A stretch of 32,000 nucleotides of DNA, taken from positions 690,001 to 722,000 of the forward strand of contig OZ245819.1 in NCBI GenBank assembly GCA_965228485.1, written 5' to 3'. Below are positions 1 to 8,743 of the stretch, piece after piece. The first letter of the stretch is position 1; every line of letters begins with the position of its first letter. The translations under genes and the position numbers were made by a program. The DNA is from Candidatus Saccharimonadota bacterium (GTDB lineage: Bacteria; Patescibacteriota; Gracilibacteria; UBA4473). The notes beneath the pieces are model-generated. The model was not told the DNA's origin. It did no database searches and saw only the letters and a program-made list of their open reading frames with translations.

Positions 1-370
1 GTTCACTTATTAAAAGATTTTTGAAAGGCTCTTTTCCTAGGGAAAAATACGAAGAATCATTGGTTGATCTCACAAGATCCAATAGATATTTTTTTTTATT
101 CTCTCCCTGCAAAACCTGCTTAGAAACTCCTTTTGAATTAAGGTATAAATTTAAATTATTAGCATTGGGTGGTAATGGCTGTCGAACAATTAATGTCTCA
201 TTATCTGAGAGGTGCTTCCAAGTCTCGACTACCTCTATGTTTGCACTGCCTCCCTGAATATCAATACGAATTGATTTTGACGATGGTCCTGACGCAAAAA
301 CACTTCCAAAACTGGTCATCAAAATTAGAGACAAGATAGTACGAAACCAAAAATGAGATGACATAGCCAT
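1..370 (-). CDS. Secreted hypothetical protein, N-terminal part only (ORF runs off the left edge)
   Basis: Absent from the supplied ORF track because no stop codon lies in the window. Reverse-complement reading from ATG at 370 (alternative ATG at 364) stays open for 123 codons down to position 1: MAMSSHFWFRTILSLILMTSFGSVFASGPSSKSIRIDIQGG... The N-terminus looks like a signal peptide. The ORF is co-directional with the PKD gene and starts 34 nt downstream of it. IRIDIQGGSANIEVVETW...QPLPPNA weakly resembles VIT-type domains; this is unverified. Confidence 0.5.
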   Translation of the reverse strand, partial: MAMSSHFWFRTILSLILMTSFGSVFASGPSSKSIRIDIQGGSANIEVVETWKHLSDNETLIVRQPLPPNANNLNLYLNSKGVSKQVLQGENKKKYLLDLVRSTNDSSYFSLGKEPFKNLLISE

Positions 371-404
371 CTCATTTTAGAGTAAATTTTGTGTTCGACA
401 AGTT

Positions 405-2849
405 TTAACGAACCGTAATTGTTTTAGATTGCTCTGAAATAATCCCGTTCTGATCAACCAATCTCATCTTTAGGATATATTCACCTGGATCAATATAAGT
501 ATGCCTTTGTGGATCCGGTCTGAAAACTCTATATGGTTCACTTCCATCTCCAAAATCCCAAACATATTCCCGAATAATTCCTTTAGGAATAAATGGAGTA
601 GCTTTAACTTCCAATGGTGCTGGCCCGGCACTCGGAACAACTTCAAAGTCAGCTTTAACTACTGGAGCACGGGCCGAAACAATAATCTCATCAGTGGAAG
701 TTTTTCCTTCTGAAGTAAGCACTGTCATACGAACCACATAATTTCCTACTTTTTCAAATAAGTAATCAATCTGTGCTCCATAATTAAGCGGTTCTTGTCC
801 TGGAAATTCCCAAATATAATTTACGATTTCGCCTTCATCAGCAGAAGAACCGGAACCATCAAATGTTATTGTAATTGGAGCCGGACCTGCTGGAGGATCC
901 GCTACGATTTTTGCAACCACCCCTGAACGATCAACCTGTATTGGAAACAGTTTTTCATGTTCTACATTATCTGAATCTACAATTACAAGCTTTACTTCAT
1001 AGTTACCTGGATCGCGAAAAATATGCTGAACCACTTCTCCATACTGATCCTCAATTCCATCTGATTGGAAGTCCCATCTCCATTCTAATGGATCTTTAAT
1101 TTTTGACTGACTAGAATCAAAAGTTACCTCGAATGGTACCACTCCCTTGAGTATTTTATCATTCTTCTTCAGTTCTGGAGTTGTCTTAATTACTACCTCA
1201 GCATTCAAATCTGCCTTCTCCACAACAATAGTCTTTTCCGTTCTTTGTCGTTCTCCTAAATCATTTTGGACCGTCAAAGTAACTTTATAGGCTCCTGCTT
1301 CTCGAAAAACTCTCTGCAACTTTCGTCCTAAAACAGGTTCTTCTTCTCCTTCTACAAACCACTCATAACGAGTGATAAGCCCTTCTTTAACAAAGGACTG
1401 AGAACCATCAAGTAAAACTTTTAATGGAGCAAATCCTTCTAAAGGATCTTTACTACTAATCACAGCCTTCAGATCACTTTCTGGCGTTTGAACCGTAATA
1501 ATTTGCTCCGCCACATTTGTATCATTATTTCTCCCTGTCACTCGTAATCTTATTTTATACTCACCGACCTTAGTAAAAGTCTCCAAAACTGTTGGTGTTT
1601 CCTGCCTAATTTCAAATTCACCATCACCATCCAAATCCCACTCATATAACACAATTTCACCATCTGGATCTTTGGATTCTGCGGCATTAAATTCGACTTC
1701 TAGAGGGAAGGCTCCAGACTCTGGAATAGCGGTTACTTTAGCTACTACAGCTTCATTATTAATAATTACTTCCTTCTGTGACTTAAATGAAATTTCTCGT
1801 CCTTCTACACTCGAAAAATAAAAAATCTCAGCCGTCACAGGATAACGTCCATTATTTTGTCCTCTATCTAAAAATCGATGAGAAACCTTATCTCCAGAAG
1901 CATCATATTGTCCATCTCCATCAAAATCCCAGTTAATCTGCCGAATAACTGAACGATTAATCTGTGGATAAAGTCTTTCTCCAATATCAAAGTTTACGGT
2001 AATTGGGGCACTAAGTCCAATCACACTTTCTGGGTCAGTCACAATTAAGGAATTATCAACCGCTCTACCTCGTGCTTCAGTTGCTTGGTCAATAATAAAA
2101 TAAAAGAAAAACCATGCCCCACAAGAAGTAAGGAATAGCATTAAATAAGCAAAAAATCGGAATAATAGACTTCTTTTATTTACATCTGTTTTCTTAGCAA
2201 TTCCCCACCTAAAAATGAAAACCAGTGTCGTCACTAAAAAGATTAATGCCACTATTCCAAAAATGGCATTGGTCATCATTAATAATAAATTTTTCAATCC
2301 AATAGCCTCGATCCCAAGCGTTTCAAATAAAGGATTAGAAGCATTTCCAGTCCATAAAGCCCAAAGCAAGGCTCCATAGAAAGCTAACACAGCAAATACC
2401 CCAATTCCTAAAAGTAAAAGTAAAAATATTTGAGGAGAAGAGGCTCCACGAGAAGGCTCTTCTGGTGGTTCTGTTTGAGGAGGCCTTGTTTTTGGCGGAG
2501 CTGGAGGTGCGGGAGCTGTAGCTGGCTCATTACTTTCCGCAGGTTTTGATGCTTCCACATCAGCCTCGGTACGTTTTGGATTATTAGGAAAACTTTTCAA
2601 CTCTGATTCAGAGCTTGTTTTCGGCGTATTAATATCAGTTACTGACTCGACTTTGATTTCTCCAACATTAGAAGCCTCTCCTTGTGACTCCACCGACACT
2701 GGTTGTGCAGGAGTCGAAGGATTTGATTCCAGATTAAATCCTTGAGGGTTATTTGCATCAGACAAAGATGGTAAACTTTCCGTATTCTGCGGAAGATTAT
2801 TCTCTGCAGAATTTTTAGAATTAGGATTCACGGCATCTTTTTCTGTCAT
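405..2849 (-). CDS. Membrane protein: ~135-aa Pro-rich disordered N-terminus, 3 predicted TM helices, about six PKD-like domains
   Basis: 814-aa ORF. The N-terminus is low complexity (PATAPAPPAPPKTRPPQTEPPEEP) with no signal peptide. Three hydrophobic helices follow (IFLLLLLGIGVFAVLAFYGALLWALW; LLLMMTNAIFGIVALIFLVTTLVFIF; FFAYLMLFLTSCGAWFFFYFII). Six PKD signatures come after them: INWDFDGDGQYD, YEWDLDGDGEFE, YEWFVEGEEE, WRWDFQSDGIED, YIWEFPGQEP, YVWDFGDGSEP. Confidence 0.8.
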   Translation of the reverse strand: MTEKDAVNPNSKNSAENNLPQNTESLPSLSDANNPQGFNLESNPSTPAQPVSVESQGEASNVGEIKVESVTDINTPKTSSESELKSFPNNPKRTEADVEASKPAESNEPATAPAPPAPPKTRPPQTEPPEEPSRGASSPQIFLLLLLGIGVFAVLAFYGALLWALWTGNASNPLFETLGIEAIGLKNLLLMMTNAIFGIVALIFLVTTLVFIFRWGIAKKTDVNKRSLLFRFFAYLMLFLTSCGAWFFFYFIIDQATEARGRAVDNSLIVTDPESVIGLSAPITVNFDIGERLYPQINRSVIRQINWDFDGDGQYDASGDKVSHRFLDRGQNNGRYPVTAEIFYFSSVEGREISFKSQKEVIINNEAVVAKVTAIPESGAFPLEVEFNAAESKDPDGEIVLYEWDLDGDGEFEIRQETPTVLETFTKVGEYKIRLRVTGRNNDTNVAEQIITVQTPESDLKAVISSKDPLEGFAPLKVLLDGSQSFVKEGLITRYEWFVEGEEEPVLGRKLQRVFREAGAYKVTLTVQNDLGERQRTEKTIVVEKADLNAEVVIKTTPELKKNDKILKGVVPFEVTFDSSQSKIKDPLEWRWDFQSDGIEDQYGEVVQHIFRDPGNYEVKLVIVDSDNVEHEKLFPIQVDRSGVVAKIVADPPAGPAPITITFDGSGSSADEGEIVNYIWEFPGQEPLNYGAQIDYLFEKVGNYVVRMTVLTSEGKTSTDEIIVSARAPVVKADFEVVPSAGPAPLEVKATPFIPKGIIREYVWDFGDGSEPYRVFRPDPQRHTYIDPGEYILKMRLVDQNGIISEQSKTITVR

Positions 2850-2873
2850 TTTATTTTTTATTTATATTATCTG

Positions 2874-5800
2874 TTATTCCTCTAGGACCCCATCAGTTGT
2901 CTCTTCTTCAACTTTTGGCATCACCTTAATTGTGAGAGAATCTTCACTTTCGGTCAACCCATCTGATATATTCAGCTTTACTCGATAGAAACCAGAATCG
3001 CGATAGGAGAAGTTAATATTCTGTCCAGTTAGCACTCGTCCATCATCCAAATCCCACTCAAAGAAAACCGCCTGACCGTGTTCTGTAACTGATTGCCCAT
3101 ACAAAAAAAGCTTTGTATTAGTTGAAATAACCATATCCGCAATCAAACCTTCAAAGTAATTTCTTTGCCCAAAACCAATCGCCTTAAGCGAATCCATATC
3201 CAAATTATCTAGTTCAGCTTGAAGTTTTGCACGCTCTTCTTCATCGGTTACATTTTCAAGCTCTGCCAAAAGTGAAGCTCTGTGAGATTCTAACTCCGCT
3301 TCAAATTCTGCTTTCATAATTTCTCTAAGAGAATTTTCTACTCGTTTGAGCAACACGGCATTGTAATCAACTTCTTCTAATTCATCTTGAAAGAATATCT
3401 TTTGATCATTTGTCGTTGAAGTTGCTAGCTTTTGAGTAAATTCATCTTTCTTCAGAACAAGATCGTTCTTCACATTCCCAATAGTTAAAGCTCTTGCATT
3501 TGGATCGTAAAATTTCTCCAACAACTGCTGTTGTCGAGTTACTGACTGAATCTGTCCCAGTAGTGCTTTTTTCGTTGCGTCTTCTTTTGAAGAAACATAG
3601 GTACGTGTCAAATTCAACCGTCGATTAACCAAAATTCTTTGAGCTTCTTCTAGAGTGTTATCTTCATTAATTCCAGAATCCTCCAGACCCGAAAGCGTTT
3701 GCAAACTATTGTCTAATACCAAAATCTTAGAACGCAAAGCCTCTAGTTTTACTACATCTTTTTCCGCTCGAAAATCATTAACAATTTCTGTTTTTTTAGT
3801 TTCCAACTGATCTCTAAGATCGTAAACCGTCATATCAGGAGACAGTCCTGATTTATCTAAATCTTGAAGCAATTTAACCTGAGTTTTTAAATCACTAGAT
3901 TTACTTAATAAAGAGGCCGCTTGATCAGATGAGCTTCCAGCAACCATTGAGTTTACTTCTTTTTGATACTGATTAATCTTCTGTTTTGCCGTTACTAAAG
4001 GCATATCATCTAAACTAATCTCATCCGTTGAGAGGTATCCTAACTGCTCTAAAAGAGCCTGAACCTCGGCTAAACGAGCTTTTAAAACTTCGGCTTGAAC
4101 TGTATCTGTTTCACTTCTCAGTTGTTGTTCCAGAGCATCTTTTTCTGCTAACAACTCTTTCATACGATCATCTAGATAAGCTTTAAATTCAGTCTCATCA
4201 TCTAACCCATACTCCGAAGTCATTTGAGTTCGGGCTAAATCTAGCTGAATCTGAGCTAAACGATCAAGATTTGATAACTGATCATCAATGGTTTGAATTT
4301 GCCCCTGAATAAGAACTTTTGTTTGATCATCTTCTGCTTCGGATAATCGAGTTTCTAATTCAGCTTTTCGCTCCAAAAGTCCATCTTTATATTCCTTTGC
4401 GAACTCTCCCAATAAATCTGTGCTTGCCAGATACCTCTGCATGGCCTGAATATCTAGACCAATTGCAAACTTCTTCTCTCTATCAGTTTCCTTGGCTTGA
4501 TCTTCTTTAAGTGAATTTATTTTTTCATTCAAATAAGTCTTTTGTTCTTCAATAATTTTCTGCCTAAGCATATTAAGCTCATTCTCCAAAAGATCTCTTT
4601 CTAGTTCGTTGATTTCTCCACTCGTGTCTTCTTCTGCGGATGCCTTGGCCAACATTTCTAAATCTTGTTCAGCTTTATCAATTTGTCTTTCCAATGCTAA
4701 TCGAGCTTTTTCTTCTTGAGTTGCTTGAAGCTGTTTTAATAGCTCTTCTCGTTGTTTTTGTACTCTTTCTTGCTCTTTGAGAGCGATCTCTCGAGAAGCT
4801 TTTTGTCTTTCTAAGGAAACTTGCTTCGCTTTTTCTGCCTGAGCACTAAGAGCTGATATTTTTTCTTCAATAGATTCTGTATCTGCTGGGGCCGCAATTT
4901 TAACCTTCTCTAAAGCTTCCGTTTTGGCTTTTAAGAGCTCTACTTCTTTTTGCAAAGCCTCTTCTTCAAGTGATGGCGGTTTTTCTTGATCGATTCTATC
5001 AACAATTACATCGGCAATCCCTGTAATCTCATTAATTCCATCACTTACTCGAACTTTTATTTTATATTTACCTGGTTTTTTATAACGATAGGCAGGATTC
5101 TGGATAAACATTTTTCCGCCATCTCCCATATCCCAGTTGTATTCTAATCTATCAGCTTCTGGATCTTCTGCTGTTAAATAAAATCTAAAAACGGTATTAA
5201 CATCTCCTCTTTGGCTTGGAAGTATTCCCTTTAGCTGAACTTTTGGTGGAAGATTTTCTTTTTGTACCACCTCTTTGGCTACAACGGAAACTACGATGGA
5301 TTCTTCAACCGTTGCAATCCCATCACTCACTCGAACCGAAACCGTCTGAGTTCCTGGCTCAGTAAAGCGATACTGAAATTGTGGAGCATAGAATTTTCTA
5401 CCATCTTGGAGATTCCATTCATAACGAAGATAATCCTTATCGACATCTGAAGCTTCCGCAAAAAAAGTAAACATCGTATCAACATCTCCCTGATTACCTG
5501 GCACAACACTAATTCGTGCTTCTGGTGAAGTGTTAAATGATTCTTTTTCAAAAGGAAAACTTTCAGCACTATCAAAAGTATAAGTTGCATAACGATCATC
5601 CGTTACTGTAACGCGAAAACTATATATATGACTTCCTGGATAACGGCTCAAGTCAAAGTAAGCTGTTGGCTCTCGAACTACTTGAGAAAGAAATAGCCGT
5701 CCCTGTTCTAGAATTTCAAATTTATAACTGATAATACTTCCATCTGGATCAGAAGCATCAGCTTTTACATTAATCTGCCCTGGCACTTTAGATGCTGAAG

Positions 5801-6404
5801 TAAAGGTTAAAGATTTTACCGTTGGTGGCTGATTTTCTATCACTACTTTCAAATTATCTTGATCACGCAAATGAGGTCTATCAGAATCTTGAATCGTTAG
5901 TGAGACTTGATAAGTTCCTACTCGATTAAATACTAGGGGTACTTGGGATTCGGCATAATCTCTTCCATTAACTCTCCAGTTTGCCACAAAGGCTCCTGAA
6001 TCTCCTCCTGCAACTCCAAATGGTCGTGATTTTAAATCAATTTTTTGACCTAGTTGTGCTCTAATAACGCCTCCTGGAATAGTAACCCCATCAACTCGGG
6101 CTTCAATAGAAGCTGTTGGTTTATCCATATTATGGACCATTACAGACTTCGTCAACTCATTGGTTTCTCCAGAAGCAGCAATAACTCTTAAGGTTACTTC
6201 TTGAGGTCCATCTTCACGAAAAGTATACTGAACAATCTCCCCGTTAATTTTCACGTTCCCTGGAAACACCCACTCAAAAGTTTCACCAGCACGGCTTGTC
6301 GCTCTGAATGTTGCTGGTCTTCCCTTTATAATCATAGAGGCGGCCTCTACTGTGCCGCCTACTATTGCTAGTATAATAAAACCTAATACCAGTAACCGTT
6401 TCAT
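2874..6404 (-). CDS. Secreted giant protein: signal peptide, ~5 PKD-like domains, ~590-aa interrupted coiled coil, C-terminal PKD-like domain
   Basis: 1176-aa ORF with signal peptide MKRLLVLGFIILAIVGGTVEAAS. PKD-like signatures: FEWVFPGN, YEWNLQDGRKF, YNWDMGDGGKMF, and C-terminal FFEWDLDDGRVL. The central region is E/K/L/Q-rich with heptad-like character (EEEALQKEVELLKAKTEALEKV ... RAKLQAELDNLDMD). Confidence 0.8.
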   Translation of the reverse strand: MKRLLVLGFIILAIVGGTVEAASMIIKGRPATFRATSRAGETFEWVFPGNVKINGEIVQYTFREDGPQEVTLRVIAASGETNELTKSVMVHNMDKPTASIEARVDGVTIPGGVIRAQLGQKIDLKSRPFGVAGGDSGAFVANWRVNGRDYAESQVPLVFNRVGTYQVSLTIQDSDRPHLRDQDNLKVVIENQPPTVKSLTFTSASKVPGQINVKADASDPDGSIISYKFEILEQGRLFLSQVVREPTAYFDLSRYPGSHIYSFRVTVTDDRYATYTFDSAESFPFEKESFNTSPEARISVVPGNQGDVDTMFTFFAEASDVDKDYLRYEWNLQDGRKFYAPQFQYRFTEPGTQTVSVRVSDGIATVEESIVVSVVAKEVVQKENLPPKVQLKGILPSQRGDVNTVFRFYLTAEDPEADRLEYNWDMGDGGKMFIQNPAYRYKKPGKYKIKVRVSDGINEITGIADVIVDRIDQEKPPSLEEEALQKEVELLKAKTEALEKVKIAAPADTESIEEKISALSAQAEKAKQVSLERQKASREIALKEQERVQKQREELLKQLQATQEEKARLALERQIDKAEQDLEMLAKASAEEDTSGEINELERDLLENELNMLRQKIIEEQKTYLNEKINSLKEDQAKETDREKKFAIGLDIQAMQRYLASTDLLGEFAKEYKDGLLERKAELETRLSEAEDDQTKVLIQGQIQTIDDQLSNLDRLAQIQLDLARTQMTSEYGLDDETEFKAYLDDRMKELLAEKDALEQQLRSETDTVQAEVLKARLAEVQALLEQLGYLSTDEISLDDMPLVTAKQKINQYQKEVNSMVAGSSSDQAASLLSKSSDLKTQVKLLQDLDKSGLSPDMTVYDLRDQLETKKTEIVNDFRAEKDVVKLEALRSKILVLDNSLQTLSGLEDSGINEDNTLEEAQRILVNRRLNLTRTYVSSKEDATKKALLGQIQSVTRQQQLLEKFYDPNARALTIGNVKNDLVLKKDEFTQKLATSTTNDQKIFFQDELEEVDYNAVLLKRVENSLREIMKAEFEAELESHRASLLAELENVTDEEERAKLQAELDNLDMDSLKAIGFGQRNYFEGLIADMVISTNTKLFLYGQSVTEHGQAVFFEWDLDDGRVLTGQNINFSYRDSGFYRVKLNISDGLTESEDSLTIKVMPKVEEETTDGVLEE
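3200..4970 (-). other. Coiled-coil stalk segment inside the 1176-aa protein (approximate bounds)
   Basis: Residues ~479-1070 are dominated by E, K, L and Q with helical repeat character. Several short breaks occur (for example GLDIQAMQRYLASTDLLGEF, GYLSTDEISLDDMPLV, FYDPNARALTIGNV). Bounds were read from the translation and not computed with a coiled-coil predictor. Confidence 0.6.
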
Positions 6405-6413
6405 CTATAATGA

Positions 6414-8123
6414 TTAATTAATTTCAAAATCAATCGGAATAGTAGTGGTAATTGGAACCGTCAAAGTATATGGTTCCGATCGTAAAAACGATCCGTTTCT
6501 TGATTCAACTACTACTAGTTCCACACTTTTATCTCCAACACTATCAAATTCGTAAGTCATTTCTGGCGAACTGGCTTGTTGGAAATCTCCATCAAAACTC
6601 CAGAAATATGTTAGCCCTTGATTTATCCCTGAGATATTTTTACTCAAATTCCCATTAAATCGAATTTCAGCAGGCTTGAGCGTATTACCCGTAGAATCAA
6701 AAGTAAATTCTGCTACTGGCTGATTTCCAAGAACTGTAAAGGTTTTCGTGAAAGTATCACTATCACCTACTACATTCTCAATTTCTAGAGTAATTTCATA
6801 TTCTCCTGACTCACTAAACGATACCTCAACATTTTTACCAAAAGCTTCTTCAAAACATCCTCCTCCAGCATTGGCTGCACAAGTCCATTTATAACTTTTA
6901 ATAGATCCTACCAATACCGTTGAAGAACCTCCATCAAGCGCTACTTTTTCGTCTACAAGTAGCTGAGATTTACTGGCTGAAAATTGAGCATCAGTTCCTC
7001 CTACTGTTAGTGTTTTTTGAGTCGTAAATTGTTGACCATCAGAAGTCTGAACAACTCCCCGAATATTATAACTTTTTTCTTCTCCAAACTGATGAGTAAT
7101 TGTTGCTGTTGGATCAATTGTCGTATCTAGAACGGATTGAGTACGATCTCCAAAATCAATTACTACTACCGCCTGAGTACTAAGACCAAAAGTAATTCCA
7201 TTACGCGCAGCATCAGGGCTCGCCATTACCGTCCCCCCAAAATCATTCACTCCTTCTCCAGATAACAGTAATACGCTTGCAAGGTTTTGGGTAACACTTC
7301 CCGTGCCACTATTATCTCCAACATTTACAACCGAAACAGTTCCATCTGGATTAACGACTGTTTGAAGATTCGAACCATTACCAGTAATAAGCCCTGTAAT
7401 GTCTCCATTAGAGTTATTCCCTATCAGATTCGTATTGTTTGAATTAGTGCCTCCATCATTACTAATATCATTTCTGTCGTCAGTTCCGACTCCCGCATTT
7501 TTAATAACCGTATTCACAATCGCAAATGATGCTAGTACTACTAAAATACCGATAACGGCATAAATAAGTATTTTTTTAGATTTTTCGATATTACTATCTT
7601 CTCCAGCTGAAGCTACATACAGATAACCAGCATAAATTACCATGGCTACAGCAATAAGCCCAAGGAATGTCAGCGTAAAATTCAAGACATTAAGAATATA
7701 TTGTCTTAAAGAAGTATTTTGGCCAATGGTGTTAAATTTTTCTGGATCTGGCAGTTCAAACCGTCCCGTTGGTGTTACTCCCGTACCAGTATTTACCTGA
7801 TCAAAAATAGAATCAAAATCCTGCATGATAACTACGCTGCTTCCAGAATTAAATCCTGTATTATTTACTGAATATCTGACACTACTTCCTCCGCCAGTAA
7901 TATCATTACCAATACCTCGAATATTACCACCGATTCCTCTAATATCGCCTGTAATTCCTCCAATAATTCCTCTTACTCCACTAACCACATTAGCCACCCC
8001 ACTAACGGCTTGACCAACCTGGTTTAAACCTCCCACAAAGTCTCCAAAACTGAAGGCATGAGCCGTTGGAGTAACGGTCCACAGCGAGAAAGAAAGAACG
8101 ACACCGGTAATAAATTTTTTCAT
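6414..8123 (-). CDS. Fusion protein: signal peptide, Gly-rich repeats, VirB2/TrbC-like two-helix pilin module, N/G-rich linker, ~3 PKD-like domains
   Basis: 569-aa ORF with signal peptide MKKFITGVVLSFSLWTVTPTAHA. Gly-rich repeats: GGITGDIRGIGGNIRGIGNDITGGG. The hydrophobic hairpin FTLTFLGLIAVAMVIYAGYLYVASAGEDSNIEKSKKILIYAVIGILVVLASFAIVNTVIKNAG (nt ~7495-7715) is paralogous to the C-terminus of the upstream gene. PKD-like signatures: VIDFGDRTQ, YKWTCAANAGGG, YFWSFDGDFQ. Confidence 0.75.
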   Translation of the reverse strand: MKKFITGVVLSFSLWTVTPTAHAFSFGDFVGGLNQVGQAVSGVANVVSGVRGIIGGITGDIRGIGGNIRGIGNDITGGGSSVRYSVNNTGFNSGSSVVIMQDFDSIFDQVNTGTGVTPTGRFELPDPEKFNTIGQNTSLRQYILNVLNFTLTFLGLIAVAMVIYAGYLYVASAGEDSNIEKSKKILIYAVIGILVVLASFAIVNTVIKNAGVGTDDRNDISNDGGTNSNNTNLIGNNSNGDITGLITGNGSNLQTVVNPDGTVSVVNVGDNSGTGSVTQNLASVLLLSGEGVNDFGGTVMASPDAARNGITFGLSTQAVVVIDFGDRTQSVLDTTIDPTATITHQFGEEKSYNIRGVVQTSDGQQFTTQKTLTVGGTDAQFSASKSQLLVDEKVALDGGSSTVLVGSIKSYKWTCAANAGGGCFEEAFGKNVEVSFSESGEYEITLEIENVVGDSDTFTKTFTVLGNQPVAEFTFDSTGNTLKPAEIRFNGNLSKNISGINQGLTYFWSFDGDFQQASSPEMTYEFDSVGDKSVELVVVESRNGSFLRSEPYTLTVPITTTIPIDFEIN

Positions 8124-8128
8124 ATTGA

Positions 8129-8674
8129 TTAAAAAGCAGCTTGCATAACAGTGTTAACAATGGCGTAAGAAGCGAGAATAACAAGAATCCCGATTATACA
8201 CCAGATAATAATTTTCTTGGCTGACTCCATACGACTGTCGTCTCCAAGTGACGTAATATAAACGATCCCTGCCCAGACTAGAGCCACAACGGCAATAACT
8301 GCTGTGACAGCCAAGAGGAAGTTTGTCCATCCAATAATAAGTTCTTTAATATCTCGTTCTTTAGAAACGCCATCATCTAAATACTGTTCTACAACATTAG
8401 CGCCTCCTTCTAGGCCTGGACCATTAAAAACTGGTCCCCCATAAGGAAGAGCAATATTTCCATTGTTAGAAGTCGTTCTGGTCGTCCCTGCCTGGTTCCC
8501 TCGTTGACGAAGTGTTTGGTTTATATAAGAGTCCAATTGACCACTCAGCTGTTGATTACTCGTACTACTACCAATATTTTGCTGAATAAAACTATCAAAA
8601 TCCGCAGCCTCTACTTTCCCAGAAAGCAAAACAGCTACGACTAAACTAAAACATAGAACTAAAGCTTTTTTCAT
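8129..8674 (-). CDS. VirB2/TrbC-like (T4SS-pilin-like) small secreted two-TM protein
   Basis: The track ORF starts at 8725, but the internal ATG at 8674 gives a clean signal peptide MKKALVLCFSLVVAVLLSGKVEA/ADF. The C-terminus is a two-helix hairpin with a short charged loop: FLLAVTAVIAVVALVWAGIVYITSLGDDSRMESAKKIIIWCIIGILVILASYAIVNTVMQAAF. Signal peptide plus terminal hairpin is the VirB2/TrbC pilin topology. The family assignment is from memory, without an HMM run. Confidence 0.6.
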   Translation of the reverse strand: MKKALVLCFSLVVAVLLSGKVEAADFDSFIQQNIGSSTSNQQLSGQLDSYINQTLRQRGNQAGTTRTTSNNGNIALPYGGPVFNGPGLEGGANVVEQYLDDGVSKERDIKELIIGWTNFLLAVTAVIAVVALVWAGIVYITSLGDDSRMESAKKIIIWCIIGILVILASYAIVNTVMQAAF

Positions 8675-8708
8675 TTGTGTTTTTGTTATTCTGCCTATTT
8701 TACCACAG

Positions 8709-8717
8709 ATTATAACA
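8709..8717 (-). promoter_or_regulatory. Extended -10 promoter element (TGTTATAAT) for the pilin/PKD operon
   Basis: The minus strand reads ...TTGAATTGTGTTATAATCTGTGG..., which contains a TGnTATAAT match. It lies ~35 nt upstream of the ATG at 8674 and just downstream of the purL-C stop at 8744. No convincing -35 element was found. Confidence 0.4.
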
Positions 8718-8743
8718 CAATTCAAAAGAAAAAAAATTTTGTC

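Noticed and set aside
21-257. 78-aa plus-strand ORF from the supplied track
   Set aside because: It lies entirely antisense to a longer open minus-strand frame (1-370). That minus-strand frame begins with a convincing signal peptide and continues the minus-strand operon. The plus-strand product has no recognisable features.
405-8123. Diversity-generating retroelement targeting the PKD or fibre proteins
   Set aside because: There is no reverse-transcriptase ORF in the window, and no template/variable repeat pair was noticed. The repeats seen are ordinary diverged PKD domain repeats at the protein level.
8675-8725. Longer N-terminus (MNCVIICGKIGRITKTQ...) for the small pilin-like ORF, and similarly the 20328 start for the third prepilin
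   Set aside because: The internal ATGs at 8674 and 20409 give a clean signal peptide and a clean prepilin leader respectively. They also remove overlaps with the promoter region and with the upstream gene.
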